This document shows positions 1 through 9,733 of a stretch of DNA of 64,000 nucleotides, piece by piece; the first letter of the stretch is position 1; each line of letters begins with the position of its first letter. The notes under the pieces are model-generated. The model saw only the letters and a program-made list of their open reading frames with translations, did not search any database and was not told the origin of the DNA. Position numbers and translations under genes: made by a program. The stretch comes from Candidatus Methanoperedenaceae archaeon (GTDB lineage Archaea; Halobacteriota; Methanosarcinia; Methanosarcinales; Methanoperedenaceae), in NCBI GenBank assembly GCA_963753595.1, contig CAVWCX010000033.1, positions 1 through 64,000 of the forward strand, given 5' to 3'.

Positions 1-60
1 AGGAATATCCTGAAAAAGAAAAAAGAGTAGAAAGGAATCAGATATGATCTTCAAGCGAAT

Positions 61-1425
61 TTAAGCATATTCATTCCTTATTTCTTCCCGTTTAATTTTA
101 TCAATAATATTAGCTCGAAGTTGCGTCAATCCACTGCTGAATTCAACTGGATATGCAGGCGCTCCGTCAAGTTTTTTGTAAATATCCGGCAACTGTGAGA
201 AATTCAATGCCGCATTTTGCCTTATCTCAGGCAATGAAGGCCTGCCACATACAATCTTTCCTTTCCTCACAACAGTTTCCAATAAGGGCACCCCCTCATC
301 AACGATCTCATTCTCAAGCGTTATGATATCTTTTTTGAATTTTCCGTTTTCCATTATGCGCCATACTATTTTTTTCCCTGGAAGAGTTGTTTTTACGATC
401 TCTTCCGAGAGTTTCATCTTGGGAACATGCTTCCGGTGCTCAACAACATCCGAAAGTTTGTATATCCCATCAAGTGCAGGAGCGGGACGGCCCGTTATTA
501 GTTCTGTGCCAACCCCGAACATATCGATCCTTGCGCCTTTATTGATATGTTCATCAATTTTCCACTCATTGAGGTCCCCGCTTGCGACTATTTTTACATA
601 TTCGAGGCCGCTGTCGTCGAGGATTTTTCTGACCTGCTTTGAAAGCTTGCACAGATCCCCGCTGTCAAGCCTCACCCCACGAAGTTTCTCTCCTCTTTTT
701 TCAAGCTCCTTTCCCACAATTACTGCTTTTTTTGCGCCTTCAATGGTATTATACGTATCAATAAGCAGGAAACATCGTCTGGGAAAGGCATCGGCATAGG
801 CGCGGTAAGAGTCGATCTCATGGTCAAAACTTGTCACGAATGAATGCGCCATTGTTCCTGATATCGGGATGCCAAGTTTTTTCCCGGCAAGCACGTTGGA
901 TGTGGAAGCGCAGCCCCCGATGTACGTTGCGCGGGTCGCTTCAAGATGCCCGTCCCCCTGTGCGCGGCGCAGTCCGAATTCTGCTATCGCTCTTCCTTTT
1001 GCTGCATAGGCCACGCGCGAGGCTTTAGTGGCGATCAGTGTTGAGAAGTTCATTTTATTAAGCAGGAACGTTTCCACAAGCTGGGCTTCGATTATGGGAG
1101 CTGTTACTCTTATTATCGGTTCGATCGGAAATGCAATGCTTCCTTCGGGCATGGCAAGGATATCGCCCGTGAATTTGAAATCCTGCAAGGTCTTGAGGAA
1201 CTCTTCATCAAAACCCTGTGTTATAAGATACTTTATATCATCTTCCTCAAAGCGCAGGTTTTCTATGTAATCGAGAAGAAATGTTAATCCTGCGGTTATG
1301 AGATAAGAGCCGGAGGGGATTTTGCGTACAAAATAATCAAATGTAGCTTCAGGATTATGCTTTGATTTCCAGTATGCCTGCATCATTGTCAGCTGGTATA
1401 AGTCGGTTCTCAGGGCATCACTCAT
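61..1425 (-). CDS. pncB: Nicotinate phosphoribosyltransferase
   Basis: Motifs TDLYQLTM, EFGLRRAQG, GTMAHSFV, LIDTYNT, VRLDSGD, ASGDLNE; start moved to the ATG at 1425. Confidence 0.95.
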   Translation of the reverse strand: MSDALRTDLYQLTMMQAYWKSKHNPEATFDYFVRKIPSGSYLITAGLTFLLDYIENLRFEEDDIKYLITQGFDEEFLKTLQDFKFTGDILAMPEGSIAFPIEPIIRVTAPIIEAQLVETFLLNKMNFSTLIATKASRVAYAAKGRAIAEFGLRRAQGDGHLEATRATYIGGCASTSNVLAGKKLGIPISGTMAHSFVTSFDHEIDSYRAYADAFPRRCFLLIDTYNTIEGAKKAVIVGKELEKRGEKLRGVRLDSGDLCKLSKQVRKILDDSGLEYVKIVASGDLNEWKIDEHINKGARIDMFGVGTELITGRPAPALDGIYKLSDVVEHRKHVPKMKLSEEIVKTTLPGKKIVWRIMENGKFKKDIITLENEIVDEGVPLLETVVRKGKIVCGRPSLPEIRQNAALNFSQLPDIYKKLDGAPAYPVEFSSGLTQLRANIIDKIKREEIRNEYA

Positions 1426-1593
1426 AATAACAAGTTGGGGCGGTGATAAATTAAAAGTTTCTAAACGCCATGATAATATTTTCAAGACGGGTTAAATCAA
1501 ACGAAATCTTTATACCATAGTAATTTAAATTATAGTATGTAAGAAAAACTTACACATGAAATAAATAACAAAATACCAAAAGGTGAAAGAAAT

Positions 1594-2370
1594 ATGAACA
1601 CAAAAACGATACTGGTTATAGCAGCGATCATTGTTGTCCTGGGAGCCGGTTATGCTGTTGCAAGACCTGGCGATTTCTGGAATGGCATGATGGGCAGCTT
1701 CGGAAATGGAATGATGGGTAACTTCGGAAATAGTATGATGAACGGAAACGCAAATGGCATGATGGGCGGTTCTGGATTCGGCAATGGTATAACTGGAAAT
1801 TATGAAAACGGCATGATGGGCCGTGGTGGAATGATGGGCTCCTATGGAGCTGGTCAATGCGGCGCAAATACAGCCGGATATGGGGATAACACGACCCCCA
1901 TAACCATCGATGAGGCTAAAGGATCAGTGGAGCAATATCTTGAAAAGACTGGAAATAATGACCTCAAGATCGCTGAGGTACTTCAATTTGAAAATAATTT
2001 CTACGCGGGAATAAAAGAAAAAAGCACAGATAAATATGCTTTTGAGCTGCTAGTTAACAAATACACAGGTGCAGTAGTTCCGGAAATGGGGCCGAACATG
2101 ATGTGGAATTCAAAATATGGGCACATGTTTATAGGTGAAACAGAAACCAAAGTTACAGAAGAACAGGCTCTTAAGAACGCACAGGAATATCTTGATAGGA
2201 CCCTGCCCGGAACAAAAGTGAACGGCGCTGATGATTTCTATGGTTATTATACTATGGAAGTAACAAAAGACGGGACTATTTACGGTATGCTCAGCGTTAA
2301 CAGCTACACTGGCGCTGTCTGGTACCACAATTGGCATGGTACATTTGAAAAAGTGCTGGAAGTAGAATGA
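1594..2370 (+). CDS. Secreted/membrane-anchored protein with Gly-Met-rich region and PepSY-like domains
   Basis: N-terminal hydrophobic segment, GMMG repeats, motifs ELLVNKYTG, PEMGPNMMWN, GMLSVNSYTGAVWYHNWHG. Confidence 0.75.
   Translation: MNTKTILVIAAIIVVLGAGYAVARPGDFWNGMMGSFGNGMMGNFGNSMMNGNANGMMGGSGFGNGITGNYENGMMGRGGMMGSYGAGQCGANTAGYGDNTTPITIDEAKGSVEQYLEKTGNNDLKIAEVLQFENNFYAGIKEKSTDKYAFELLVNKYTGAVVPEMGPNMMWNSKYGHMFIGETETKVTEEQALKNAQEYLDRTLPGTKVNGADDFYGYYTMEVTKDGTIYGMLSVNSYTGAVWYHNWHGTFEKVLEVE
1681..1776 (+). repeat. Four imperfect 24-bp in-frame tandem repeats (NGMMGxxG)
   Basis: aatggcatgatgggcagcttcgga / aatggaatgatgggtaacttcgga / aatagtatgatgaacggaaacgca / aatggcatgatgggcggttctgga. 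Confidence 0.8.
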
Positions 2371-2436
2371 TCTTCCAGTATATTTATTTTCAAAAAAAGT
2401 AATTACTTTATTTTAAATATGTTAAGATTCTTTTAG

Positions 2437-2754
2437 TTGATCGGTGAAAAGGTGGATAAGAAATCCCTTGCAGAAATGCTAAACGCGCTGGGTAATGAGC
2501 ATAGCTTACAGATCCTGGCAACACTTGCAGAATGCGAATGTTATGTATCTGAGCTTGCCAAGGAAGTGGGGATCTCACGTCCGCTCCTGTACCTTCACCT
2601 TAAGAAACTTGAAAATATTGGTCTTGTGGAGAGCGAGATACGGCATTTTGAAGAGCCGCCGTATACAAAGAAATATTATAAAGCAAAGAATTTTGAATTA
2701 GTACTTTCATTAGGTATAATCAAGGAAATAATAAAATCGGAGAAAAAATTATGA
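2437..2754 (+). CDS. ArsR/SmtB family winged-helix transcriptional regulator
   Basis: ALGNEHSLQIL...YVSELAKEVGISRPLLYLHLKKLE..GLV. Confidence 0.9.
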   Translation: MIGEKVDKKSLAEMLNALGNEHSLQILATLAECECYVSELAKEVGISRPLLYLHLKKLENIGLVESEIRHFEEPPYTKKYYKAKNFELVLSLGIIKEIIKSEKKL

Positions 2755-2930
2755 CGATGATGGATCAAGCGTTCGGTGCAACTTCACAATGGCCTATTTA
2801 TACCCTTATAATCGTGGTCATTGTTTTGGGTCTCATATCAATCTATTTGACCTATATGATGCTAATGGAACTTAAAGAATCTAAAAAATCACTTGAGAGG
2901 GTAGAAAAACTCTTAAAATCCGTGGAGTGA
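2751..2930 (+). CDS. Small single-pass membrane protein (59 aa, absent from the ORF track)
   Basis: ATGA overlap with the ArsR stop; MTMMDQAFGATSQWPIYTLIIVVIVLGLISIYLTYMMLMELKESKKSLERVEKLLKSVE; ends 4 nt before the next gene. Confidence 0.75.
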   Translation: MTMMDQAFGATSQWPIYTLIIVVIVLGLISIYLTYMMLMELKESKKSLERVEKLLKSVE

Positions 2931-2934
2931 ACTT

Positions 2935-3597
2935 ATGGTTCTTCAGGATAGTGATAAGGAAACTATCCAGAAAAAATTTGTAGGCCTGGCAGATGTTGTG
3001 GAACTTATTGTTTTTTCACAGGAACTTGAGTGCCAGTTTTGCAAGGAAACAAGAGAGATGGTGCTTGACCTGGGGACATTATCAAAAAAAATAAAAGTAA
3101 AAATTTTTGACTTTGTCCAGAATGTGGATGAAGTCAAGGAATATAATATCAAACAAATCCCGGCCATAGCAATTGTAGGAAAAAAAGACTATGGTATCAG
3201 GTATTATGGTGTACCTGCGGGATATGAAATTCCAGCCTTTATAGATACGATTATCGATGTTTCAAAAGGCCGTACCTCTTTGCCAGATACAATAAAGACA
3301 AAGCTTGCAGAAATGAAAAAACCCGTGCATTTGCAGGTATTCGTTTCGCCAACCTGCCCGTATTGCCCGAAAGCGGCAAGGACAGCCCACCAGTTTGCAA
3401 TTGAAAATGAAAATATCCGTTCTGATGTAATAGAAATGGTTGAGTTCCCTTACCTTGTCCAGAGGTACAGCGTTATGGGGGTTCCTCACATTGTGATCAA
3501 CAATGACACTTCATTCGTAGGCGTGCAGCCCCCTGAGATATTCATTGAACAGATAGCATTGGCGCTACGCTCTGCTAACAATCCAATGTACTCTTAA
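2935..3597 (+). CDS. Protein disulfide oxidoreductase (two thioredoxin folds, glutaredoxin-like)
   Basis: CQFC and CPYC motifs, YYGVPAGYE, GVP cis-Pro motif. Confidence 0.92.
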   Translation: MVLQDSDKETIQKKFVGLADVVELIVFSQELECQFCKETREMVLDLGTLSKKIKVKIFDFVQNVDEVKEYNIKQIPAIAIVGKKDYGIRYYGVPAGYEIPAFIDTIIDVSKGRTSLPDTIKTKLAEMKKPVHLQVFVSPTCPYCPKAARTAHQFAIENENIRSDVIEMVEFPYLVQRYSVMGVPHIVINNDTSFVGVQPPEIFIEQIALALRSANNPMYS

Positions 3598-4223
3598 TTT
3601 TGCTTTTTTGCCTGAATGAGAAACTCATCGGCAAACAGGTTTTTCCAGGCTTTTGCGAGTTGATACCATAAGAAATTCAATTTTTCCCCGTAAAAATACA
3701 CGCTGGGAGTAACATCAATCCAGACAATACGATATCCGGCATCAATAGCCAGGTTTTTTGCAGATATGAAATCGAAGAACCGTAAATGGTTCCTGTCAAA
3801 GACGGTGCCGTCCGTGTATTCGAATTTGCCTGATAAGATAGTCATCCTTGAATGCCAGTTCACGATGTTAGGGACTGAATATATTAATGACCCATTTTCC
3901 GAAAGATACCTTTTGAGGTCTGTCAATACTTTATTTGGAAATATCATATGTTCCAGGACATTTACAAGAATAATATAATCAAAATAACCATCTTCATAAG
4001 GTAATTCTGAATTTTCTATATTGATATTCAGTACCTCAATGCATTTGCCCTTGGCAAAGGAAGAGCAGATGGGATCTTTATCGATACAATAAACCTTGCA
4101 ATGCTTCCATATTCTTAATAAATTAGATAACCTTCCTGAACCACACCCGATTTCTAATACCCTGGACCCTTGAGAAACCTGGTCGAATATCCTGTATCGT
4201 GAGGTAAATGTATCGATGTACAT
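3594..4223 (-). CDS. Class I SAM-dependent methyltransferase
   Basis: VLEIGCGSG, FDYII..VLEH, SVPNI, DRNHLRFF. Confidence 0.9.
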   Translation of the reverse strand: MYIDTFTSRYRIFDQVSQGSRVLEIGCGSGRLSNLLRIWKHCKVYCIDKDPICSSFAKGKCIEVLNINIENSELPYEDGYFDYIILVNVLEHMIFPNKVLTDLKRYLSENGSLIYSVPNIVNWHSRMTILSGKFEYTDGTVFDRNHLRFFDFISAKNLAIDAGYRIVWIDVTPSVYFYGEKLNFLWYQLAKAWKNLFADEFLIQAKKQN

Positions 4224-4354
4224 AATTCTTTAGTCTCTTATTTTTATTGTTTACTTATATGAGAGCAATCTCTTTTAATATGTACGCCTCCGGAAGCGCA
4301 AAAAAATAAGGAATAACTGAATGACCTGCAGTTTCAAGAAATACAATAGTTATC

Positions 4355-4425
4355 GAAAAACATAAACGGGCGGTCAGAGGTATGGGGGTGGTAGGTTTCA
4401 AAAAAAATCTGACCGCTCGTAATAC
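4355..4425 (-). ncRNA. Putative small RNA hairpin A with U-run/C-rich loop
   Basis: 13-bp stem 4366-4378/4408-4420; TATA-like ATTAAATA on the minus strand at 4445-4452; T-run downstream. Confidence 0.45.
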
Positions 4426-4504
4426 ATTACAATGATAAGTATCATATTTAATCTTTTCCTCAAGCGTAAATGATAATTATGGCCAGCCCTGCCCAATATT
4501 TTAA

Positions 4505-4586
4505 GAAAAAGTGTTGAAATAACATTAACGAGCGGACGGGGAGTGGGAGTGGTGGGTTATAAAAAAATCCGACCGCTCGTTATACA
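4505..4586 (-). ncRNA. Putative small RNA hairpin B (paralog of A)
   Basis: 14-bp stem 4526-4539/4569-4582; TATAAATA on the minus strand at 4605-4612; upstream region similar to copy A. Confidence 0.45.
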
Positions 4587-4702
4587 TAATAATGATTATC
4601 ATGATATTTATACTTTATCATCATTTTTCCAGAATATCTTTTCCATAAAATAACCCCGAATTATATCGTAAACTTTAAATGTGATTCTTTGAATTTTGGG
4701 GC

Positions 4703-4777
4703 CAGTGTAAAGTGGCAGGTAACATTTTTTTCTAACCCCCACTCCCCAACCTGCCACTATGCACTAAGATTTTTTTC
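4703..4777 (+). ncRNA. Putative small RNA hairpin C (divergent; different stem, similar loop)
   Basis: 17-bp stem 4704-4720/4749-4765; TTTAAAT at 4674-4680; T7 at 4770-4776. Confidence 0.45.
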
Positions 4778-4841
4778 AGGGAATTTGAACCAATGAGTCT
4801 AAAAAAATTATGCGTTTATACTTTCCTATATGAAAAATATC

Positions 4842-5039
4842 CATCTGTCATCGGTTAAGGAATTTAATGGCTAAGAACATATCTTTTTATGGTTTCTATT
4901 AGATTTCCAATTAGTCTAAATAGAACGCGGATGACGCTGATTACGCGGATTTACACGGATAATCCAATCCGCGCTTATCCGCGTAATCCGTGCAATCTGT
5001 GTTCTATGTCCTGATTTTTCTCTTAACCGATGACATATG
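4842..5039. mobile_element. MITE with IS4-family (ISH8/IS231-like) ends
   Basis: TIR CATCTGTCATCGGTTAAG / CTTAACCGATGACATATG (1 mismatch), flanked by the 10-bp direct repeat GAAAAATATC (4832-4841, 5040-5049); internal palindrome 4921-5006. Confidence 0.85.
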
Positions 5040-5195
5040 GAAAAATATCATATAAAATTTCCTGGATGCTAAAAAAAATCTGAGCATAAGTGAGGGAATA
5101 CCCAGAGGCGCACCGCCAAAAAGTCCATAAATTCAAGCCTGAAAGTGTAGTTATCCCAAAATATAAATACTTTTAGGCATTACATTGTATTCTAT

Positions 5196-5741
5196 ATGAC
5201 GGCTTCAACTCACAGCATAACAATCACAGGAAAAGTTCAGGACATTGATTTCAGGAACACCATTGAGCATATTGGAAGGGCGTTTGGTCTGCCGGGCATG
5301 GTTTTTAATGCAAAAGATGGTAGTGTTAAAATCCTTTGTTCAGGTGAGGATACTGTTATAAATAATTTCACGCGGGAAATAAAGGTACGGGGAACGGAGA
5401 GTGGCGCTGAAATTGCAGATATCAAAGAACAAAACATTATCTGTAAATATTGAACTTCCAGATAATTTCACAAAATATCCTCTGATGATGATATCGATAT
5501 CGGAAGAAAGCTGGATAAAGCTAATGTATTATTAAAGACCGGATTTGAGGGCTTGAACACGGACTTAAATAAGGGATTCAATAACTTGAATACGAACTTA
5601 AACACGGGATTTGAGAAATTAAACACGGACTTAAATACCGGATTCAGTACCCTGACTACAATAATGTCAGAGAATAACAAAGAGCAAAGAGGGCATAATA
5701 CCCGCCTCGAAGCAATCCTTAAAAAATTGGCGGCGAAATAA
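5196..5741 (+). CDS. Acylphosphatase-fold protein with C-terminal 11-aa repeat coiled coil (frameshifted near 5435-5480)
   Basis: ITGKVQDIDFR...GMVFNAKDGSVKI, continuing in other frames to IGRKLDKAN..GFEGLNTDLNK repeats. Confidence 0.7.
5541..5650 (+). repeat. About 3.3 copies of a 33-bp in-frame tandem repeat
   Basis: ggatttgagggcttgaacacggacttaaataag / ggattcaataacttgaatacgaacttaaacacg / ggatttgagaaattaaacacggacttaaatacc. Confidence 0.85.
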
Positions 5742-5908
5742 TGTTCGAGCGCATCAAAAAAATCAATGGCCATGAGTACCGCTATCTTGTGAAATCGGTA
5801 AGGGTAGATGGAAAAATGAAGCAGAAGGTTATTAAATATCTCGGAAAAGTTATTCCAAATCAAGAAGATCCGAAACTTCCAGAAATAAAAGCGATCCTTG
5901 AACAATAG
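5741..5908 (+). CDS. Small basic protein resembling the N-terminal beta-hairpin domain of IS1634-type transposases / archaeal viral integrase-associated proteins
   Basis: TAATG coupling; MFERIKKINGHEYRYLVKSVRVDGKMKQKVIKYLGKV (55 aa, not in the ORF track). Confidence 0.6.
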   Translation: MFERIKKINGHEYRYLVKSVRVDGKMKQKVIKYLGKVIPNQEDPKLPEIKAILEQ

Positions 5909-6054
5909 AAAAAAGGTAATTCGCTATCGAGTTAAATATTATTCAAAGAATAGTTTCTTATGCAGGATTACAACAGGATATCCAGGCAGCTTGACAGGCT
6001 CTTAATGCAGCGCTGGAAGAAATTGAAAGCATTAGGATATTAGGAAAGTAAAAA

Positions 6055-6553
6055 ATGACATTAAGAGAAAAATCTAAAATTATAATGAAACGTCTTCTAT
6101 TATGGACGCTTCAATATGGAATCATTGTTTTTATACTTTTATTGACAGCCCTTAGGTTTGGCTATTTATCCCATACGAGGAATTGTCAATGATAATTTTG
6201 AGTCTATATATTTCTTCATTGGATCGGCAATTACTTTGTCTGGTTTCACAATGTTAAGTGGAATATTGGAGAGAAAAGAAACTAAAAGTAAATTAGAGAA
6301 AGAGTTGTTCTTTTTGAGCATATCATTTTTATTTTGCGCTTTTTCATTTATTGTCTTTATTGGCTTATATTCCGGTTTAAAGGGGGTAGAAATTAATAGT
6401 AGTGGCGGGCAATTTTTGAATTATATAACCATAGGTACATATTTATTAGGAATTTTTATATTTTTTATGGGTTTCGCAAGATTAATTTTTGTTCTTATAC
6501 AATATTATAATCAAATTGATGCCTGCAAGGAAGAGATGATCAAGAAAACATAG
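6055..6553 (+). CDS. Hypothetical multi-pass membrane protein (probable frameshift near 6160-6180)
   Basis: Hydrophobic ORF 6158-6553 preceded by an out-of-frame hydrophobic start at ATG 6055; AT-rich. Confidence 0.55.
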
Positions 6554-6698
6554 TAGCATTGAAAATATAGGAATTCATGGAAGAACCCAAGAAATACCGA
6601 TATCCTCTGAGGATGTCAAGTTTTATCCCTGCGAAAATTGCATGTTCTATAACTGCGAGGTAGGCTGATTCAACCTACAAGCCCGGAGTGAAAGAGTA

Positions 6699-6730
6699 TG
6701 CGGAGAAGGGGAGTTGAACCCTTGAACCAG
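6699..6730 (-). other. Orphan tRNA 3'-end fragment (Leu-like); possible att-site scar
   Basis: Minus strand GGTTC-AAGGG-TTCAACT-CCCCT-TCTCCGC-A gives a T-arm, acceptor 3' strand and discriminator; no 5' half present. Confidence 0.4.
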
Positions 6731-6797
6731 GGGTTCAAACTCGGTTACGTTCTAATTTGAGGAATTTTTACACTGTTGAGTATTCTATACTTTCATA

Positions 6798-7979
6798 CTA
6801 AAAGTCCGTCATTATCCTGTACTGGTCTATCTCAGGCTGCTTCATTTCTTCGATGAACTGTTCTGTCATAGATCGCACATCTTTTGCTTTTGTGATAGCT
6901 CGTCCAACAACGATTATATCTGCCCCTGATTTTAAGGCTTCCTTAACAGTATCCACTCGGATGCCGCCAGCAACTGCCACAAGCAATCTCTCAGATAATT
7001 TCTTCATGGCTGGAATGTCTCCCCATGCATGTTCTGACTTTCCTTCAGTATCAATTGCCCTGTGCAGTTCCACAACATGTGGTTTGACAGAGAGGGCTTT
7101 TAATACTGACAATGGCTTATCAACATTCAGCATATCGATGACTGCATAAATACCGGTCTTTCTGGCTTCTATTATTGCTTTTTCGATAGTGGAGATCGGT
7201 GCAAGTCCTGAGATGACAATTGCATCAGCAGTTGCATCCGCAACCATGCGCGCTTCAAGATTGCCTGTATCAAGTGTCTTTAGATCAGCTACAATGAATG
7301 AATTCGGACGTGCCTCTCTAATTGATTGCACTACATTAACACCATATCTCTTTATAAGAGGCGTTCCCGCTTCTATGATGAGATGGTCGCTCTGTGGTAC
7401 CTGTTTCAGGATATTCTTGACAGCTTCTATATCCGGCATATCAAATGCAACCTGCAGATATGGCGGATTCCATAACCTGACGACCTTGAATCCCATGATC
7501 GGGTGCATGGTCCTGTCTTTCTCGTACATGAGAGTCTTAACATCCGGGAATCCCTGCATCGCGCGCTCTATTGCCAGTTTTGTGGCGCCATAATTGTAAC
7601 GGTATATTTTATTGTAATCCTTTGCTTCCGGATGGATAAAAACGCTGACAACAATACTCAGGTCTTCAACCTGGTCCTTTGGTATTACGCCTTCCTCAAC
7701 TGAATCTGCCACGGCTCTTGCAACAGCTGTCTGAGCAGGACCGAATATCTGGCCTACCTGGGTCATGTTCTTGACAGTGACCTTTGGCACAATAAGTGTT
7801 GCGGGTTTTGCAAGAAGGTTAGGCCTTACTACTGAAAGAAGAGGAGTATGTCCCATAGAAAGCTGCGTAAAACCATTCGCAAATGCCTGTCCGACAGGAC
7901 CTGATTTTTCTCCAATTATCAAATCAATATGAGCAAGTTCCGGTGCTTCTCCGATTAAAGCTTCACCTATTAAAAACAT
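6798..7979 (-). CDS. fae-hps: Bifunctional formaldehyde-activating enzyme / 3-hexulose-6-phosphate synthase
   Basis: [25 protein letters not shown] (Fae) fused to [36 protein letters not shown] (HPS). Confidence 0.96.
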   Translation of the reverse strand: MFLIGEALIGEAPELAHIDLIIGEKSGPVGQAFANGFTQLSMGHTPLLSVVRPNLLAKPATLIVPKVTVKNMTQVGQIFGPAQTAVARAVADSVEEGVIPKDQVEDLSIVVSVFIHPEAKDYNKIYRYNYGATKLAIERAMQGFPDVKTLMYEKDRTMHPIMGFKVVRLWNPPYLQVAFDMPDIEAVKNILKQVPQSDHLIIEAGTPLIKRYGVNVVQSIREARPNSFIVADLKTLDTGNLEARMVADATADAIVISGLAPISTIEKAIIEARKTGIYAVIDMLNVDKPLSVLKALSVKPHVVELHRAIDTEGKSEHAWGDIPAMKKLSERLLVAVAGGIRVDTVKEALKSGADIIVVGRAITKAKDVRSMTEQFIEEMKQPEIDQYRIMTDF

Positions 7980-8153
7980 TATTGTACCTCTGGCCTTAAA
8001 TGGATATTTTGGTATTTATGTATTTCTGGAAAAAATGAGCGAAAAAATATCGTGATTCTACAGGAAAAAAAATCAGCGCGTAGAATCCTGAAAAAAATAT
8101 CCATAAAGAAAAACATTAATATCTTTGCATGCTTAGTTGTATCTGGTGATAAA

Positions 8154-8312
8154 ATGAAAGTTTATATTTGCGAAAAAAGCTGCTGTCCGGCTGTTGAAAC
8201 GATCGGTGATGAAGTATTGATCGGTGAAGATACAAATATAGTAAGATTGAAAAAGAATGAATGGAACAAACTTGTCGAGAAGATACAATCCGGTGAACTT
8301 GGTTCAATTTAA
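8154..8312 (+). CDS. Small conserved hypothetical protein (CxxxCCP motif)
   Basis: GGTGA SD before the ATG; MKVYICEKSCCPAVE..VLIGED.N.VRLKKNEWN.LV.KI.SGEL. Confidence 0.7.
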   Translation: MKVYICEKSCCPAVETIGDEVLIGEDTNIVRLKKNEWNKLVEKIQSGELGSI

Positions 8313-8314
8313 TT

Positions 8315-8950
8315 TCAATCACTAAACCCTTTTTTTCCTACAAGGGGAACAAATACAACGCCCATTTTTGCTTCTTTTTTCAGACCATTGGTCTTTGTCA
8401 CAAGATACAATTCCTGATAGTTTTTTCCTACAGGTATGATCAATTTTCCCCCGGTTTTGAGCTGATCAGTTAACGTCTCAAGTATTTCAGGAGATGCGGC
8501 AGCGACACTTATTCTATCGTATGGTGCAAATCCGGGAATACCAAGCGTTCCATCCTCTACCATCACAGTCACATTTTCAACCCTTGCTTTTTTTAGGTTT
8601 TGGCGGGCAAATAATGCCAGGGATTCGATCCGTTCAACAGTATAGACGTGTCCGCTACCGGCAAGAACTGCCATGACAGCGGCATGATATCCGGATCCTG
8701 CCCCTATCTCAAGAACCTTCATTCCATCCTGTATATCTAAAAGGTCGCACATTATCGCAACCATGTGGGGGGCTGATATCGTTTGACCGGATCCTATCGG
8801 CAAAGGAGTATCAATATACGCGTTCCCCTCTACTCTTTCCGGGACGAAAAGATGCCTTGGGACACTTTTCATTGCAGCCAGCACCCGTTCACTTATCCCG
8901 TGCTGGCGCAGTTCCTCTATGAGCTCGTTCCTTTTGACCTCAAACTCCAT
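8315..8950 (-). CDS. pcm: Protein-L-isoaspartate O-methyltransferase
   Basis: [43 protein letters not shown]. Confidence 0.96.
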   Translation of the reverse strand: MEFEVKRNELIEELRQHGISERVLAAMKSVPRHLFVPERVEGNAYIDTPLPIGSGQTISAPHMVAIMCDLLDIQDGMKVLEIGAGSGYHAAVMAVLAGSGHVYTVERIESLALFARQNLKKARVENVTVMVEDGTLGIPGFAPYDRISVAAASPEILETLTDQLKTGGKLIIPVGKNYQELYLVTKTNGLKKEAKMGVVFVPLVGKKGFSD

Positions 8951-9591
8951 ACCGACTCCCGCTTCTTGATCACAACCCGCTCTCCCTTTGCCCTTGAAAA
9001 TCGTTTAGGTTCCTTGAGACCGGAATCTGCATATACCCGTTTTATATATTTTGCTTTGATAGCGACACCTTTTCTACTCTTAAATCCGCCATCCCTTATT
9101 TTTATCCGTATGATCTTTAATTTCCGGTTGTTTACTTCTACTTTATCCCCTATAACGAATTCCCTTTCACCCGGTACGCGCATAGATACGGATTCTGTTG
9201 TTTCCCTGTGGCTTATTGCAAATTTCACAATTGCTTCATCTATTGCCCTTGCCCATATCGTTCTAATAGCGTCTGCATTCGCTTCATCCACTCTTTTATC
9301 TTTACCTTCTATAGAAGTTATTTTTACAAGATATGCTTCACCTGTTGTTTCATCATCTATCAGGATCTCATCATCTTTTCGTATAATGCCGGAAAGCACT
9401 GCTCTTGTATGAACTGATTCTTTCCCCTTGCTTACAATCACCCTTACCAGCAAATTTTGTGGTTTTTTCTCTATATGAACTGACTTACATTCCTGACACT
9501 GTAATACTTCTTCTTTTCTTCCTTTAAGAATAATATGGTTAACTGGTGTATCTGGCGAGCACGAAGGGCATATTGTTTCGATATATTCCAT
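8917..9591 (-). CDS. HVO_0476 family archaeal zinc-finger protein
   Basis: CPSC...H..L...CQEC..H N-terminus, ITSIE, IRTIWAR; typical neighbour of pcm. Confidence 0.8.
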   Translation of the reverse strand: MEYIETICPSCSPDTPVNHIILKGRKEEVLQCQECKSVHIEKKPQNLLVRVIVSKGKESVHTRAVLSGIIRKDDEILIDDETTGEAYLVKITSIEGKDKRVDEANADAIRTIWARAIDEAIVKFAISHRETTESVSMRVPGEREFVIGDKVEVNNRKLKIIRIKIRDGGFKSRKGVAIKAKYIKRVYADSGLKEPKRFSRAKGERVVIKKRESVWSLRSKGTSS

Positions 9592-9733
9592 ATGATTATA
9601 TAAGGGGCTTGATTGATATAAATATCCTTTTAAGGCACGAAAACTATTATTATTGCCTGGAACTTATTAAATAGTAAACGATACCTTTATATACTACATA
9701 TTTGAATATATAACTCTTTCGCTGAGGTATAAA

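Noticed and set aside
4361-4765. Replication origin (ORB G-strings) as the explanation of the G-rich hairpin loops
   Set aside because: No TCCA..GAAA ORB core and no adjacent orc1/cdc6 gene
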